A DNA stretch of 64,000 bases from Heptranchias perlo (taxonomy: Eukaryota). The DNA lies in NCBI RefSeq assembly GCF_035084215.1, contig NC_090356.1, forward strand, positions 16,988,001 through 17,052,000. Direction: 5' to 3'. Made by a program: the position numbers and the translations under genes. The notes below the pieces were generated by a model, which saw only the letters and a program-made list of their open reading frames with translations, was not told where the DNA came from and made no database searches. Below are positions 1 through 12,001 of the stretch, in pieces. Numbering within the stretch: position 1 is the stretch's first letter; the number at the start of each line of letters is the position of its first letter.

Positions 1-1457
1 TCATGGTGGAATCGAATGCCATCCTCTGTGACACGATCAGGGAAGGCTTCTCATCCATGTAGAATGAGTGGCAGCTCCAGGAACATTTTCATCTGCTCCC
101 CTAATACAGAGACTGGTTACTGCCACCAACATGGACGCAATGACGACAGGGCATCAGCTCTTGGGGGATCGTTTGAAGAGAAGATGGTGAGTGACTTCCA
201 AGAACCATCGCTCAGGGTTTGCAAGATCTCACTGCAACCTTAGATAGTCCTCATGTTGCCTGGGGAGTCTTTACACCTGCAGATAATGTCCCTTCATGAA
301 GCGGTCCTCCTCCTCCAAATCATGGAACAGTATGGGCGTTGATATAGTGAGTCCTATACTCCCAACCTTCTTAGGCATCACTTGTACTGCAGCAGGATTG
401 GGGCACTGTAAACGTGAGTGTAGCACAGCAAAACTAAGACTTGAACAAAAAGGCAGCACTATGCAGATATACCAAAGTATTCCCAGCCCAAAAAATGAAA
501 CTTTAAATGCAATAGCACAGCCTCCCTTTAAGAAGCTTGACTAGACAGGTCTTACCTGCTGAGCAGTTAAGTGCCCAGTTTTAATGGGTAAGGACAACAC
601 TGGTAATGAAGCCTGCACATGCTGGTAGCACAGCCTCATTTTCAAGCCCCCAAATGCACATTATAAAATCGGACCTGCTAAGTAACAGATGCACAAAATT
701 CTGTTCCCGATTTCCCCACCTGCTTCCGCCAATGGCGAGGCCTCGAGCTGCGAGCATGGCCTCACAACATTTCTTGGGTGTTGCTCTGTTACAGTAAGAT
801 GAGTCATTGTACATTATGCTGAATAATGCACGATAGCTGCCAGGAATGCTTAGAAAAATTCTTATGACAAAGAGGACTAATAGCACAGATAATGGAAAAT
901 GTACTTCTGCTTTCACTCAATTTGTCTCGGATGTAGGTTAGTTGCACTATTAATCTAAAGGTGCTCCGTAAATCCCATCAAAGATCCAACCCCTACTGTA
1001 GAAGCATTATACCCGCTCTGCCTCACACTCTCTAGACATTTGTTTGTCAGTATAATCATGCTGGAGCCTTGCAGATTAGTTATAATGGCAGTTAAACACT
1101 GATCAAATATATTTTGAGGCAGTCTTTGTACTGCTGCTTGGGATGGAAACCAGATTAAAACTGCCCTTTTACCCAATACTTGTTATTGCAGTGAGATGAG
1201 AGATCTTCCCACCGTTCTGTTTAGGGTGGGTTCGAGCCAGACCCCTTGTGCTACTCTAACGAAAGGTTTCATCAACTATTTGTATAGAATAAAGAAATAT
1301 TGGAATATTTAACTGGGTAAGCATGTTCCATTACATATAAATTAAAAAATCAAGGAACAGATAGAAGTTCTAATTGGTCAGCAATTCTTTAAAAAGTTTG
1401 AAATTCCATGCTACTTTTTGTCAGCATTGGAGAATGATATAAAAGCTGAACTCAAAC

Positions 1458-1563
1458 CTTGTGCCAGGGTCAGCAACAAGTAAATCATCCTGCAGAAGCT
1501 TCAGTGCCATCTCAGTATTTCCTTTCCAAAGCAGACTTGTTGACCTGAGTCGTCTGGGTAACC
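1458..1563 (-). CDS. LACTBL1: LACTBL1 coding exon 5 (gene continues left of window)
   Basis: tttgcag acceptor and AG|GTTTGA donor; translates (G)LPRRLRSTSLLWKGNTEMALKLLQDDLLVADPGT(R); phase matches the preceding exon; typical serine beta-lactamase-like segment. Confidence 0.9.
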
Positions 1564-1769
1564 CTGCAAATTATTTCATACAACGTTTAAATATTTCTCC
1601 AACCAAAGCCAACAACCGCGAGTCCTTGGGAATGATCTCAAACTGAAAGCCATCAAAACCTTACGGTACACTAAAGCATGATTGGGAAGTTGGAGAATGT
1701 GAAAAGGCGACGGGTCAAAGAAACTAATTTTATTTAAAAAAACTTGATTTCTTCACATTGATTAAATAT

Positions 1770-2054
1770 TATGGGGCCGAATTTACTTGGCTGTTTCACT
1801 GTCTCCCGCTGGATACATCGGGTCATCTTGGAACAGTGGCCTTGGTCATAGGCTTTTATTGAGGGTTGTTTGTGAATTGCCATCTTTCTGGGGTTGTGTC
1901 AGCTTTTTTGAAGCTATTTGTTGGCTTTTCTGAAGTTTGTGGGTTGGCATGTATGCAGACGAGGGTTACAAAATTTAATGTTTTGTGACACTATCTAAAT
2001 TCTTTGTTTAGTATTTAGTTCACTGAGAGAGCATACAGCAAATTTGGGCCCATA
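1770..2054. mobile_element. Probable non-autonomous DNA element (MITE, Harbinger-like termini)
   Basis: Imperfect TIRs tatggggccgaatttac / gcaaatttgggcccata, with a non-coding interior. Confidence 0.45.
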
Positions 2055-2305
2055 GGTCAGCGGGCTTCACAGGACGGAAGATATTCTGGGAATTCCTGAT
2101 ATATGCTCCTGGCTTGTAAAATTCCACACAATCTACTCATAATCACCTCAGGTGTGCACATCCTCTTTCTTTGGCTTACTCCATGCTAATTGTATTTCTT
2201 GACATAACATTGTTACTTTCTAAAATTATTAACTAGACAATATTTACTGCGTCAGTTCAATCTATGTTTTGTTCAAGAATATATTGTATAAAATACTTTC
2301 CTCAC

Positions 2306-2553
2306 CTGACAGCTGACTGGCCATTCTTTTCAATGTCACGGATGATACTTTGGCAGCGGATTTCCCTCTTCCAAGAAATACCAGGCTATCTGCTTCATAT
2401 GTACGTTCTAATTCTTTTGAGTTTCCCAGTGGGTTTTTAACTGTAAAGTTTTTGACATATTTTGTTAGTGGGTCATCCAGTGATGTAATTTTTCCTTCCT
2501 GCCACAGTTTGTACAGCATTATAGTAGGGAATATCTTGGAAATGCTTGCAATC
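2306..2553 (-). CDS. LACTBL1: LACTBL1 coding exon 4 with SxxK catalytic motif
   Basis: gtttcag acceptor and G|GTGAG donor; IASISKIFPTIMLYKLWQEGKITSLDDPL...VTLKRMASQLSG; SISK is the SxxK motif of the beta-lactamase/PBP fold. Confidence 0.93.
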
Positions 2554-3664
2554 CTGAAACAAGAGGAAATTGATTAAGACTTTCACTGAATTCAACACCA
2601 CAAAACTTTTCACATTTACTGGTTTTGAGAAGGAATCTCATCGTAAGTACATATTTTGAAAATGAAAGTGTGCAAAAGAACTCGAATTAACTTTTGTTTT
2701 TTTCATCTTTTTCTTCCGATGAGGAGGACAAGGATTCGCTCCTAATTTGGACTTTAGACAAGCAAACATCTCTAGCAATGCATCAGAAATGGCATCTGCG
2801 TCCATAGGCACAAGAGCTACTGCATCTGGATACCCAGATGTGTAGTCTATCATGGTTAATATGTACTGTTCCCTAAATGACTCTTGGCAAGCAAGGAACC
2901 CGTGAGATCACACTGTACTGACTCCATAGCCTTTGCCTGACTCCAAGTCACCACTCAAGCTTTCTCTTCTATAACCAAATTAGCCACAACATGCCCATCA
3001 TTCAAATCAGTACCCAGCAGAATTACAACTGGGACAGGTGTAGATGCTCCTACATTCATTCCCAATCACGAATGGTATTCTGATTAGTCCTTGGCCAACT
3101 GACCCAATGAGACCACAAGCATGAGCCAGCCTACTCTCTAGATGTTAGTCATCCTTCCTAACTGGAATCTGGCCCAACACCTAGACCAGCAATTGTTCAT
3201 ACTGTGCCATATTACACAACAGCTGGAGTACCTGAGATCTTACCCCATGGGTTCTTACTCAGGTGCACCTCCTGGATTTTGGGGCAACCAACTGTCTCCT
3301 ATCCAGTTGCTGGGACCCCAATACTTTTGATGTGGCATAATGGTCTGTTCATTCACCTAATTGCTTCAGAGTCTTATGCTCCTGGTCAAGCAATCATATC
3401 CATAGACTTTCTGGAATCACTTCCAGAAATTGATCCCTTAACATTACTTGCCTAAGACTATCATGATCAGTTACATATTCTTATTCTAGTCACATTTCCA
3501 AATATCTTCAAGCCCAGAAATTCCCTTACAAGTGGAAATTGTACTAAAGATGTTGTGGATTTTGTTGTCAGCTTCTACCATTGGCTTGTCCTGTTGGACG
3601 TACTCCCTTCTTCCCAAATACAGCAAAGTATAGAATGGGATTATAGAACAGTTAAATTAAGGTG

Positions 3665-4063
3665 TCAGCACTCACGCCTGTAAGTCAGATCGTGACTTCA
3701 AACCCCATTCCAGAGACTTGAGCACATAATCCAAACTAGCACTCCGGTGCAGTACTGAGGGAGTACTGTACTGCCAGAGGCCATGTCTGCCCTCCCAGTG
3801 GATGTAAAAGGTGCCACGGCCCTATTCAAAAATGAACAGGGGAGATCTCCCAGTGTCCTGGCCAATATTTATCCCTCAACCAACACCTAAAAAATCCCAG
3901 ATGATCTGGTCATTTATCTTACTGCTGTTTGAGGACTTGGTGTGCGCAAATTGGCTGCTACGTTTACATTACAACAGTGACCTACACTTCAAAAGTACTT
4001 CATTGACTTTTGGATGGCCTGAGGTTGTGAAAAGTGCTATTGTATGTAAATGAAAGTTCTTTC
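3665..4063 (+). mobile_element. DeuSINE (SacSINE1/AmnSINE1-like)
   Basis: Deu-domain-like ggatgtaaaag...gtgtcctggccaatatttatccctcaaccaacac...tctggtcatt...gtgcgcaaattggctgc and an L2-like tail; family assignment from recall of the consensus. Confidence 0.7.
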
Positions 4064-4162
4064 TTTCTTTTAACATGATGTGGAGATGCCGGTGATGGAC
4101 TGGGGTTGACAATTGTAAACAATTTAACAACACCAAGTTATAGTCCAACAATTTTATTTGAA

Positions 4163-4203
4163 ATTCACAAGCTTTCGGAGGCTTCCTCCTTCCTCAGGTG
4201 AAT
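4163..4203 (-). ncRNA. Minimal type I hammerhead ribozyme motif (PLE-associated)
   Basis: AUUCAC-CUGAGGA-A-GGAGG(AAG)CCUCC-GAAA-GCUU-GUGAAU: core boxes CUGANGA and GAAA, 6-bp stem I, 5-bp stem II, palindromic AGCU in place of stem III. Confidence 0.8.
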
Positions 4204-5661
4204 GTTGTGGAAATGAAATCCTCGAACCCTTTGCATTTATAAATCACAGAACAATACCTGGTGATTACAGATAGTCTTTCCAACTGCCCGTTGCCAAGGC
4301 AATCACTGTGTGCAGACAGAGAGGTGTTACCTACAAGTCCACCGAATATACAATCCACCAAAAAAAAACAGAGAGAGAGAGAGGCAGAAACATGGAAAAG
4401 ACAGCAAATGACCCGTTATATTAAAAACAGATAACATTTGTTCGCTGGTGGGGTTACGTGTAGCGTGACATGAACCCAAGATCCCGGTTGAGGCCGTCCT
4501 CATGGGTGCGGAACTTGGCTATCAATTTCTGCTCGACGATTTTGCGTTGTCGTGTGTCTCGAAGGCCGCCTTGGAGTATGCTTACCCGAAGGTCGGTGGC
4601 TGAATGTCCTTGACTGCTGAAGTGTTCCCCGACTGGGAGGGAACCCTCCTGTCTGGTGATTGTTGCGCGGTGTCCGTTCATCCGTTGTCGCAGTGTCTGC
4701 ATGGTCTCGCCAATGTACCATGCTCTGGGGCATCCTTTCCTGCAACGTATGAGGTAGACAACGTTGGCCGAGTCACAGGAGTATGAACCATGCACCTGGT
4801 GGGTGGTGTCCTCTCGTGTGATGGTGGTATCTGTGTCGATGATCTGGCATGTCTTGCAAAGGTTACCGTGGCAGGGTTGTGTGGTGTCGTGGACGCTGTT
4901 CTCCTGAAAGCTGTGTAATTTGCTGCGAACGATGGTCTGTTTGAGGTTGGGTGGCTGTTTAAAGGCGAGTAGTGGAGGTGTAAGAATGGGATATGACGCT
5001 CGACTCATCGATCGACAGTTCCGACGGGCCACAGAGAAAAATCGCATAGACCACCGCATCGAAGACTAACACGGGACGCAACCAACAGAGTACCCTTCGT
5101 CGTCCAGTACTTCCCCGGAGCGGAGAAACTACGCCATGTTCTCCGCAGCCTTTAACATGTCATCAATGACGACGAACACCTCGCTATGGCCATCCCCACA
5201 CCTCCACTACTCGCCTTTAAACAGCCACCCAACCAGTCGGGGAACACTTCAGCAGTCAAGGACATTCAGCCACCGACCTTCGGGTAAGCATACTCCAAGG
5301 CGGCCTTCGAGACACACGACAACGCAAAATCGTCGAGCAGAAATTGATAGCCAAGTTCCGCACCCATGAGGACGGCCTCAACCGGGATCTTGGGTTCACG
5401 TCACGCTACACGCAACCCCACCAGCGAACAAATGTTATCTGTTTTTAATATAATGGGTCATTTGTTGTCTTTTCTATGTTTCTGCCTCTCTCTCTGTTTT
5501 TTTTTGGTGGTTTGTATATTCGGTGGACTTGTAGGTAACACCTCTCTGTCTGCACACTGTGATTGCCTTGGCAACGGGCAGTTGGAAAGACTATCTGTAA
5601 TCACCAGGTATTGTTCTGTGATTTATAAATGCGAAGGGTTCGAGGATTTCATTTCCACAAC

Positions 5662-5702
5662 ATTCACCTGAGGAAGGAGGAAGCCTCTGAAAGCTTGTGA
5701 AT
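5662..5702 (+). ncRNA. Minimal type I hammerhead ribozyme motif (PLE-associated)
   Basis: Same motif; the stem II closing pair is G-U (CCUCU). Confidence 0.75.
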
Positions 5703-6419
5703 TTCAAATAAAATTGTTGGACTATAACTTGGTGTTGTAAAATTGTTTACAATTTTCTTTTAACAGTCACTGCACTTCAAAGTAATTGATTATATGTGAA
5801 ATGTTTTGAGGTGCTTTTGAGAAATATGGAGGTTTTACAGCTCCAAGTCCTTATTCCTTTCAAATCGATGCAAGTTCAGCAGTTATACTATGGCTTCAGT
5901 TAACCATTTTATCTTCAACTGTAACATCAAGAATTACCCCACAGTAATTTTTTAGAATGATTAATACAATTGTTGCAAACATTTTCAGATTTTTCATCTT
6001 CATTTACCAGCAGTAAATTACCACGCAGGAAACAATGATACTGTACTTAGTGTAATAAGTGTTATGTGAATGGCAATTACAGCACCTCAGGGAATAATAT
6101 TGCTAATTTCTACATGAGTCACAGTGCATAATAGTCTGAGAATGCACCTAGAGGAGAAAACAGGTCCTGGCCACAGAGGGAGCGGTAAAAGGAACCCAAA
6201 GTAGAAAAAAAAAGAAGGGAAAAGCAAAGTTTCACCACATGACATGTCTTCACAAATTACTTACCACAGATATCAACAGCAATACATGGATGCAGATTGG
6301 TAATTGCCTAAAGAAAAGGAAGCAGAGGGTATTTGTAAGGGGAGGGGGGGGGGGGGTCGAAATGGAAGGAGATATTGAGTGAGATTCCCCAGGGACTTTT
6401 GCTATGATTTTCTCTCTCT

Positions 6420-7190
6420 CATATACTGAAATGACCTGGATGTGATGTTTCACTTCAAGCTAATTACATTCATAGATGACACCAAGCTAGGGTGCATTGT
6501 GGACTCAAAGGAGGCAGCTAAAATCCAAGATCTTAAACAGAGCTCCACAGGGTACGAACTTCAGCCGATCAATGGCAAATTAAGTTCAATACATTTCGAT
6601 ATAAAAACGGAAAGTACGTGGACTCCTTGGGTGGAAAAGAACCTGCCATGGGAAATTTGAAGCAAAGGTGGAATGTGGCAGGGGGTCAAGGCTGGGGGGG
6701 GTGAGGGGGGGGAGGTGCGGGGGGATTATCAATCACTGCCTCCAAGCGATGTGAGGAAAGACAAACAAAACAGAACCGAATACAATGACTTGATGAGATA
6801 AAGGCTGTTTTGCCTCGAAAAGAAATGGCGCCAAGGGGACAATATAGTGAGGCTGTACTTGAGTCCTGGTCAGAACACTGTATATCAGATAATTGACCAA
6901 ACAGAGACAGTGAACCCAGGACAATACTTTCAGCTTCGACAAGGCGGTAGGATAAGGGGGCACAGGTTCAGGATTCTGAAAGGCATGTTTAGCATAAATG
7001 TCAAGAAGTATTTCTTTGCATAGTGAGTGATCAACAGCTGCAAGGGACTGTCACGAAGGATGGTTTAGACTATCTCATTGTCTTCATTTAAGAAACAGCT
7101 GGTGTTACAGAGGGAAGATGGTAGGGTTCTTGGAGATCAATGGGCTGAAGGGCCTCCTTCATCCAAAACTATCTAGTGATTTGTGAAATA
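6420..7190 (+). mobile_element. Degenerate CR1 LINE 3' fragment
   Basis: FIDDTKL (FADDTKL-like) RT motif, then an RGHRFRI..F-like C-terminus and a CR1-type 3' UTR. Confidence 0.6.
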
Positions 7191-7350
7191 ACAAAACCTT
7201 TTGTAAATAAATGAAATGTTACACTTATGGCGCAGCTGCAGGTAAAAGTGCCTTAAATAAGCAATATAGAATTCTTCACTGAATCATGTGTCATGGAAAG
7301 TAAGATTGGTCTTAAGGTGTCAGATGGCACAGCTGGATGTGTAAAGTTAC

Positions 7351-7508
7351 CTGTAAGCAGTATATTCATTTGGTGGAGGTGAAAACTCGTCTGATGCATT
7401 TCTTTTCCCAAAGTTTCCAGTCCACAACACAGTATCATTATATATTATAATAGCTGAAATGGATGGCAGACTCATTGCATGTATTTGATGACGTAAAAGA
7501 AAGTCAAC
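7351..7508 (-). CDS. LACTBL1: LACTBL1 coding exon 3
   Basis: ctcttttttcag acceptor and AG|GTAACT donor; VDFLLRHQIHAMSLPSISAIIIYNDTVLWTGNFGKRNASDEFSPPPNEYTAYR; phases 0 and 2 fit neighbouring exons. Confidence 0.92.
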
Positions 7509-8959
7509 CTGAAAAAAGAGAGTCAATATTGCCTAACTTATATTCAAAGACAAAGAGAAATATAATTTTGGTAATAACATGTTATGAAAAATGTAATAAA
7601 TCATGAGCGAACGGGGTAGATTTTGACTTTGTGCGATGGTGTAAAACGGGTGATAGTGGGTCGGCAGCCCATTTCGCATCTCTTCCAATTTTTATTTCCA
7701 TTGAAGTCAAAGCGTAAATATAAGCAAGTTCTCAGCCAAGTGTTTACCTTTCATTATTTTAAAGGCTTATATCATAACTCCCCTTAGACTTCTTTCCTCC
7801 TGGTCACCTTTCTCTGAATTCTTTCTAATAAATCCTTTTACAGATAGGATGACCAAAACTACATGTCATGCCCAGAAATCATCTCAGTATTGATCTGTAC
7901 AAGGTCAGTATAACTTGTTCTGACTCTCCAGGTGTAACTCTGCACCCGATTTACCTTAGTGATTGCTTCACACTGACTAAATGCTTCAAGTGATGAGTCA
8001 CAAACATTCCCCAATCCTTTTATTTATCAGCCTTTGCCAGTACAGACTTTTTCATATTATCTCAATCACAAAGTTCCATTAACCTAACTAAAAACAGGAC
8101 CCTTTCATATTCTACTTATATTTGCTTTTATCTGTATTATCCAGATTAAAGTCCATTTGCTGTATCTCAACCATCTACATAATAAATCTTGTGTTTTATT
8201 TGTTATCTACTCACATAGCTTCATGTCATTGGCAAATTTAACAGCATTATTACAGTTCCCTTTCATTCACAAATATTAATCCCAATCTTGTGCTCCCAAC
8301 AAAATCTGTGCCATGGCAACGCTAGCACACAGCACACTGTGCTGACTGCATGTAATTTTGTGGGTTAAAGTCATTTGAATAATTGGAATAAGCTCTTTGC
8401 AGCAGCAACTAACCTAATGAACAGGCAGTAAATCTGGCTAGCAACTCAAATTTAATGGGAGGTGCCCACTTAAAGACTTAATAGGCAGCCAAATATTGTA
8501 TTAGTCTTTATAAAGCTACAAAATGGGTTTGAAATATTCCTCAGCCTTGCCAAGGTTGTATGACAAGGGGTTGGCGGGGTGGGGGGGGGGAAACAGGGGA
8601 AGAAATACCAGGCTAAAATGAAGGGAAGGAAGCCCAATATGTAGGTATGAAATGAAGTCTATGGGCAAGTGATGAACGTGGCCTCCTGTTTTAAGGCTGG
8701 CAAAATGGAGGTGCTGCTGCTTGTAGTGGGGGTGGGAAGGGTTACCCTGTTTGGAAATGCAGGGCAGCCACCCCATAGGACAGCAGTGCAACATAGTCTG
8801 GCAGTAGGCAGTGGCCAGATGTAACAGTAGGTATAATACATGGCTGCTGTCTACAATGCTCTTCATTCTTGGGAACTCCGTTACCCAGGGAAAGTTCTGT
8901 GCCCTGTTCTTCTGGTGCATCCTTTCCGCAGGGAAAGTGATGTTGCCCCTTGCAAACAA

Positions 8960-9560
8960 GATCTCTGTCACTTATTGGATACATTTGTTGTGTCTGATAA
9001 ATGTAATGGAGCCCTTTGTGGAAATGGTAGAGTGTACTGATGAAGGAAATGCAGTTGATGTGTATATAGATTTTCGAAAGGCGTTTTATAAGATGCTCCA
9101 TAAGAGCGCTTTTGATAAAATTAAGACAGACAGTATGAAGAGGAATGTGACACCATGGATGGGAATTTTAAGGGACAGTAAATAGAGAGTAGTGGTTAAT
9201 GAATGCTTTATGGACTGGAGGGCGGTGAACAGCGATGTCCCCCAAACATCAATATTGGCACAGTTGCTCTTCTCACTGTGTAAACAAATGGTCTAGGCTT
9301 GGGTATAGGATATCAAAATTTACAGAAGACACAAAAACAAAAGGCATGGTTGACTGAGAAGAGGATTTTATGTGACTTTTGGAAGACATAAATGGGTACG
9401 TTGACTGGGCAGATAGATGTTGGATTAAATTTAATGTGGAAAAATGTGAGTTAATATACTTTGGGTGGAATATTAAGAAGAAATGTACACTTAACGGTAA
9501 AACTTTGAAAGTAGAGGAGCAGATAGACTTAGGAATTTCATATACAAACTTCATTGAACA
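8960..9560 (+). mobile_element. Degenerate CR1 LINE RT fragment
   Basis: DEGNAVDVYIDFRKAF and WADRCWIKFNVEKCELIYFG motifs. Confidence 0.7.
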
Positions 9561-9574
9561 GTGCCTTCTATAGG

Positions 9575-9885
9575 GACGATGGCATAGTGGTCATGATTCT
9601 GGACTAGCAATCCCATTGTAGCAAATTGTTAAATTGAATTCAATAAATTTTGTAATTTGTGAGTTAACACCAGAAAGAAAATGATCATGAAAGCTGCTGG
9701 ATTGTTGTGAAAGCCCAACCTGATTCATTTCCTTCAGGGTAGGGAACCTGCACACCCACCTTTCCCCGGTCTGGCCTACATTATGTGGTTGAATCTTGAT
9801 GCCCTCAGGGCAACTAGGGATGAGCCAGAAATGCTGCCTTGCTGGTGTGGCCCACATCCTAAGAACAAATAAATAAAAAAATAAA
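9575..9885 (+). mobile_element. tRNA-derived SINE with LINE-derived tail
   Basis: A-box-like tggcatagtgg at the 5' end; 3' end gggcaactagggatg...gcccacatcc..aataaataaaaaa is shared with the LINE at 44511-44820. Confidence 0.55.
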
Positions 9886-10398
9886 GTCCGCCCACTAGCT
9901 CCAATTGCAGAACAGTAGGGCGTGCTGAGTCACATCAGTAACAGTGGCCCCCACATTCACTGCAATACTGTAGTTCTAATCCAAGCCACACATAAATCTA
10001 CAAAGTAATTGACAAGATGCCAATTGCCAAAGCAACAGGTCCTACTGTCTTTTTTTATAATTCTGAGGTTTTGCGTAAGAAAAAAAAATTCATAAGCTCA
10101 AGTCACCTCTTACCACGTTTAACAAATCCCCATCTAATTAAAATTGAATTTTTAGTTTTCCATTGGAAAATGTCAGATTTGGTTCTGTTATTGTACTCAT
10201 ATTTTTCATTCTATTTTTATTTTTGCTTCTTCCTGGCAATTCCTTCAATTTCGTGTTATTCTGCCAAAAAAAAACTAGCACCCTTCCAAAGCTGAGCAGT
10301 TAGAGCAAAATAGTAAGTTGACCAGAATCTTGCCCTTAATTCTAGATTTTCCAATTTCTTTTAATGCCAGCCGCACTATTTTTTAAAAATTTACTGAC

Positions 10399-10508
10399 CT
10401 TTTCTAGGGCTTCTTTTAGAATCGGCATGGGATGCACCAGTGGCACAGGTATGGGATGCCTGGGGCACATTTGGACTGGTTTGGGCTCTTCAGACAAAGT
10501 AAATTCAC
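10399..10508 (-). CDS. LACTBL1: LACTBL1 coding exon 2
   Basis: tttcag acceptor and AAG|GTCAGT donor; EFTLSEEPKPVQMCPRHPIPVPLVHPMPILKEALEK, matching the MCPRHPxPVPL motif recalled for LACTBL1. Confidence 0.9.
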
Positions 10509-11895
10509 CTGAAATAAACAGAAAAATAACAGAGCTAAGAAGATTTAATTTTAGACAAAATTCATAATAATCTTTTCCTTTGGAGGACTCACATTCCCAG
10601 AAAATACCATTGTTAACTGAGCAGTGAACATAATATTTCATTCATTTAAGTATTGAGCTGGAGGACGGAGCAGTGGTGGAGGACAGATCACAAGCGAAGA
10701 GGAGCAAATGAAGGTAGCATCAAGGAAGACACCCAGCAGTTACCCAGGCTTTCTGTCTGAGACAACTGTGGGCAGGAAATTGTTGGGATGTCCAAACAGG
10801 CAAAATCAAACCCACAGGTCCTTTTATCGGGCCATAAAGCCCTGTTGGTTCCTTTCATTTTGCATGCTTGTGTACAAAGCTATTTTTACTTCTGCCCAGC
10901 CTCATCTCTTTAAATGTCCCAGATCTGAAGGAGTTGAAAAGGCGGTGGGTTTAGCCTTTATGCACCTATCGGGAATTAGCCTTTACCTATAGCCCAAACT
11001 ATCTTGTTATTTATAGTTAAGTAGCAAAACTTGTGGCATTTGGTTGGAGCTTTCGAATTTCTCTGCAGTACACACTGAGGAGCTCGGAGAGTCAAAACTG
11101 AGGTGCTACAGAGTGACAAGTTTACATAGGCAATTTCCATTATAAATTTGGATATAGGAATTTATAATGGAAAAAAATTGACACAAGAAGTGTGACAAAA
11201 GCATGACAACAGGAAGTAAGATTTTCCTGGACAGGAAATGCACGCAGACATAAGGCCTAAAAATTTTCATGAGCATTCTCTCAATCTCCTGCCGTAACTT
11301 CGACAGAAGATTGGAGGAAACCCTGGAGAAACAGAATAAACAGCTGATTACATAGATTCTATAAGGTTTCCGCCAGAGTTACAGAGGAAGATCTGGAGAA
11401 TTTAAATTCTCCCCCAAGATTTTTAATAAGATATATATAGATAGGTAGGTAGATGGGCCCCAAAATCCCTGGGCCTGACAGTTTGATACTGGAGCTTTCA
11501 CCAGTGGGGAAGGAATTTGGGGTGGGACCGTGTCCCACCAATTCTCCGCCCCTTTTTCCTCGATAAGCAAAAAATGTCAGAATCATGCCTCCTTTCCATC
11601 CTGACATCACTCCCAACCCGAATACTATTCAGCCCCAACTCCCACTGACCCCGCCTCATTCAAATTCTCTTCGGCCCTACATCCGGCTATGGTCTCTCTG
11701 TCTCATTCTTGCCCCGCAAAAGAATTATGACAAGTAGTTGGGAAGGTGGACAATGGAGCTCCACTATAATAGTGCACCATCAAACAGGATGCAGCTTCTG
11801 TAACAAAATTCGATTATTAACTGTACGCTTATAACGGCACTAATGACGATACTAAACCTCAGCTCCAAGTAAATGACAAACCTCCTTTCACTTAC

Positions 11896-12001
11896 TCGTG
11901 CCTTTCTTTGGAAGTTTGTACTGCCACACAAAGCAGCAGGTCATGGTGATAGAGACGATTACGAAGAAAGCCATTCCAAGATATGGCCATTTCAAATCCA
12001 T
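11896..12001 (-). CDS. LACTBL1: LACTBL1 first coding exon, N-terminal signal-anchor/TM helix
   Basis: MDLKWPYLGMAFFVIVSITMTCCFVWQYKLPKKGT followed by A|GTAAGT; probable acceptor ttcttgttttgcag at 12041 implies an upstream non-coding exon; the start codon choice (12001 vs in-frame 12094) is inferred. Confidence 0.85.

Larger units (their letters stand above)
4076..5753. mobile_element. Penelope-like retroelement, inverted (head-to-head) composite insertion with 12-bp TSD
   Basis: Minus arm 4076-4981 encodes a GIY-YIG endonuclease (VVYLIRC..WYIGET..LRQRMNGHR..E..GLN) with a preceding CxxxxCxxC knuckle; plus arm 4982-5753 has an RT C-terminal fragment, an internally deleted EN and the same 3' end; TTTCTTTTAACA at 4064-4075 and 5754-5765. 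Confidence 0.92.

Noticed and set aside
1-460. Possible missing last exon of LACTBL1
   Set aside because: No YSN-containing reading frame or suitable acceptor found; the sequence looks like decayed TE, so the last exon is presumed outside the window
4454-5059. 201-aa ORF as a host GIY-YIG gene
   Set aside because: Its N-terminus is antisense sequence across the inversion junction, and the rest is a multicopy PLE endonuclease
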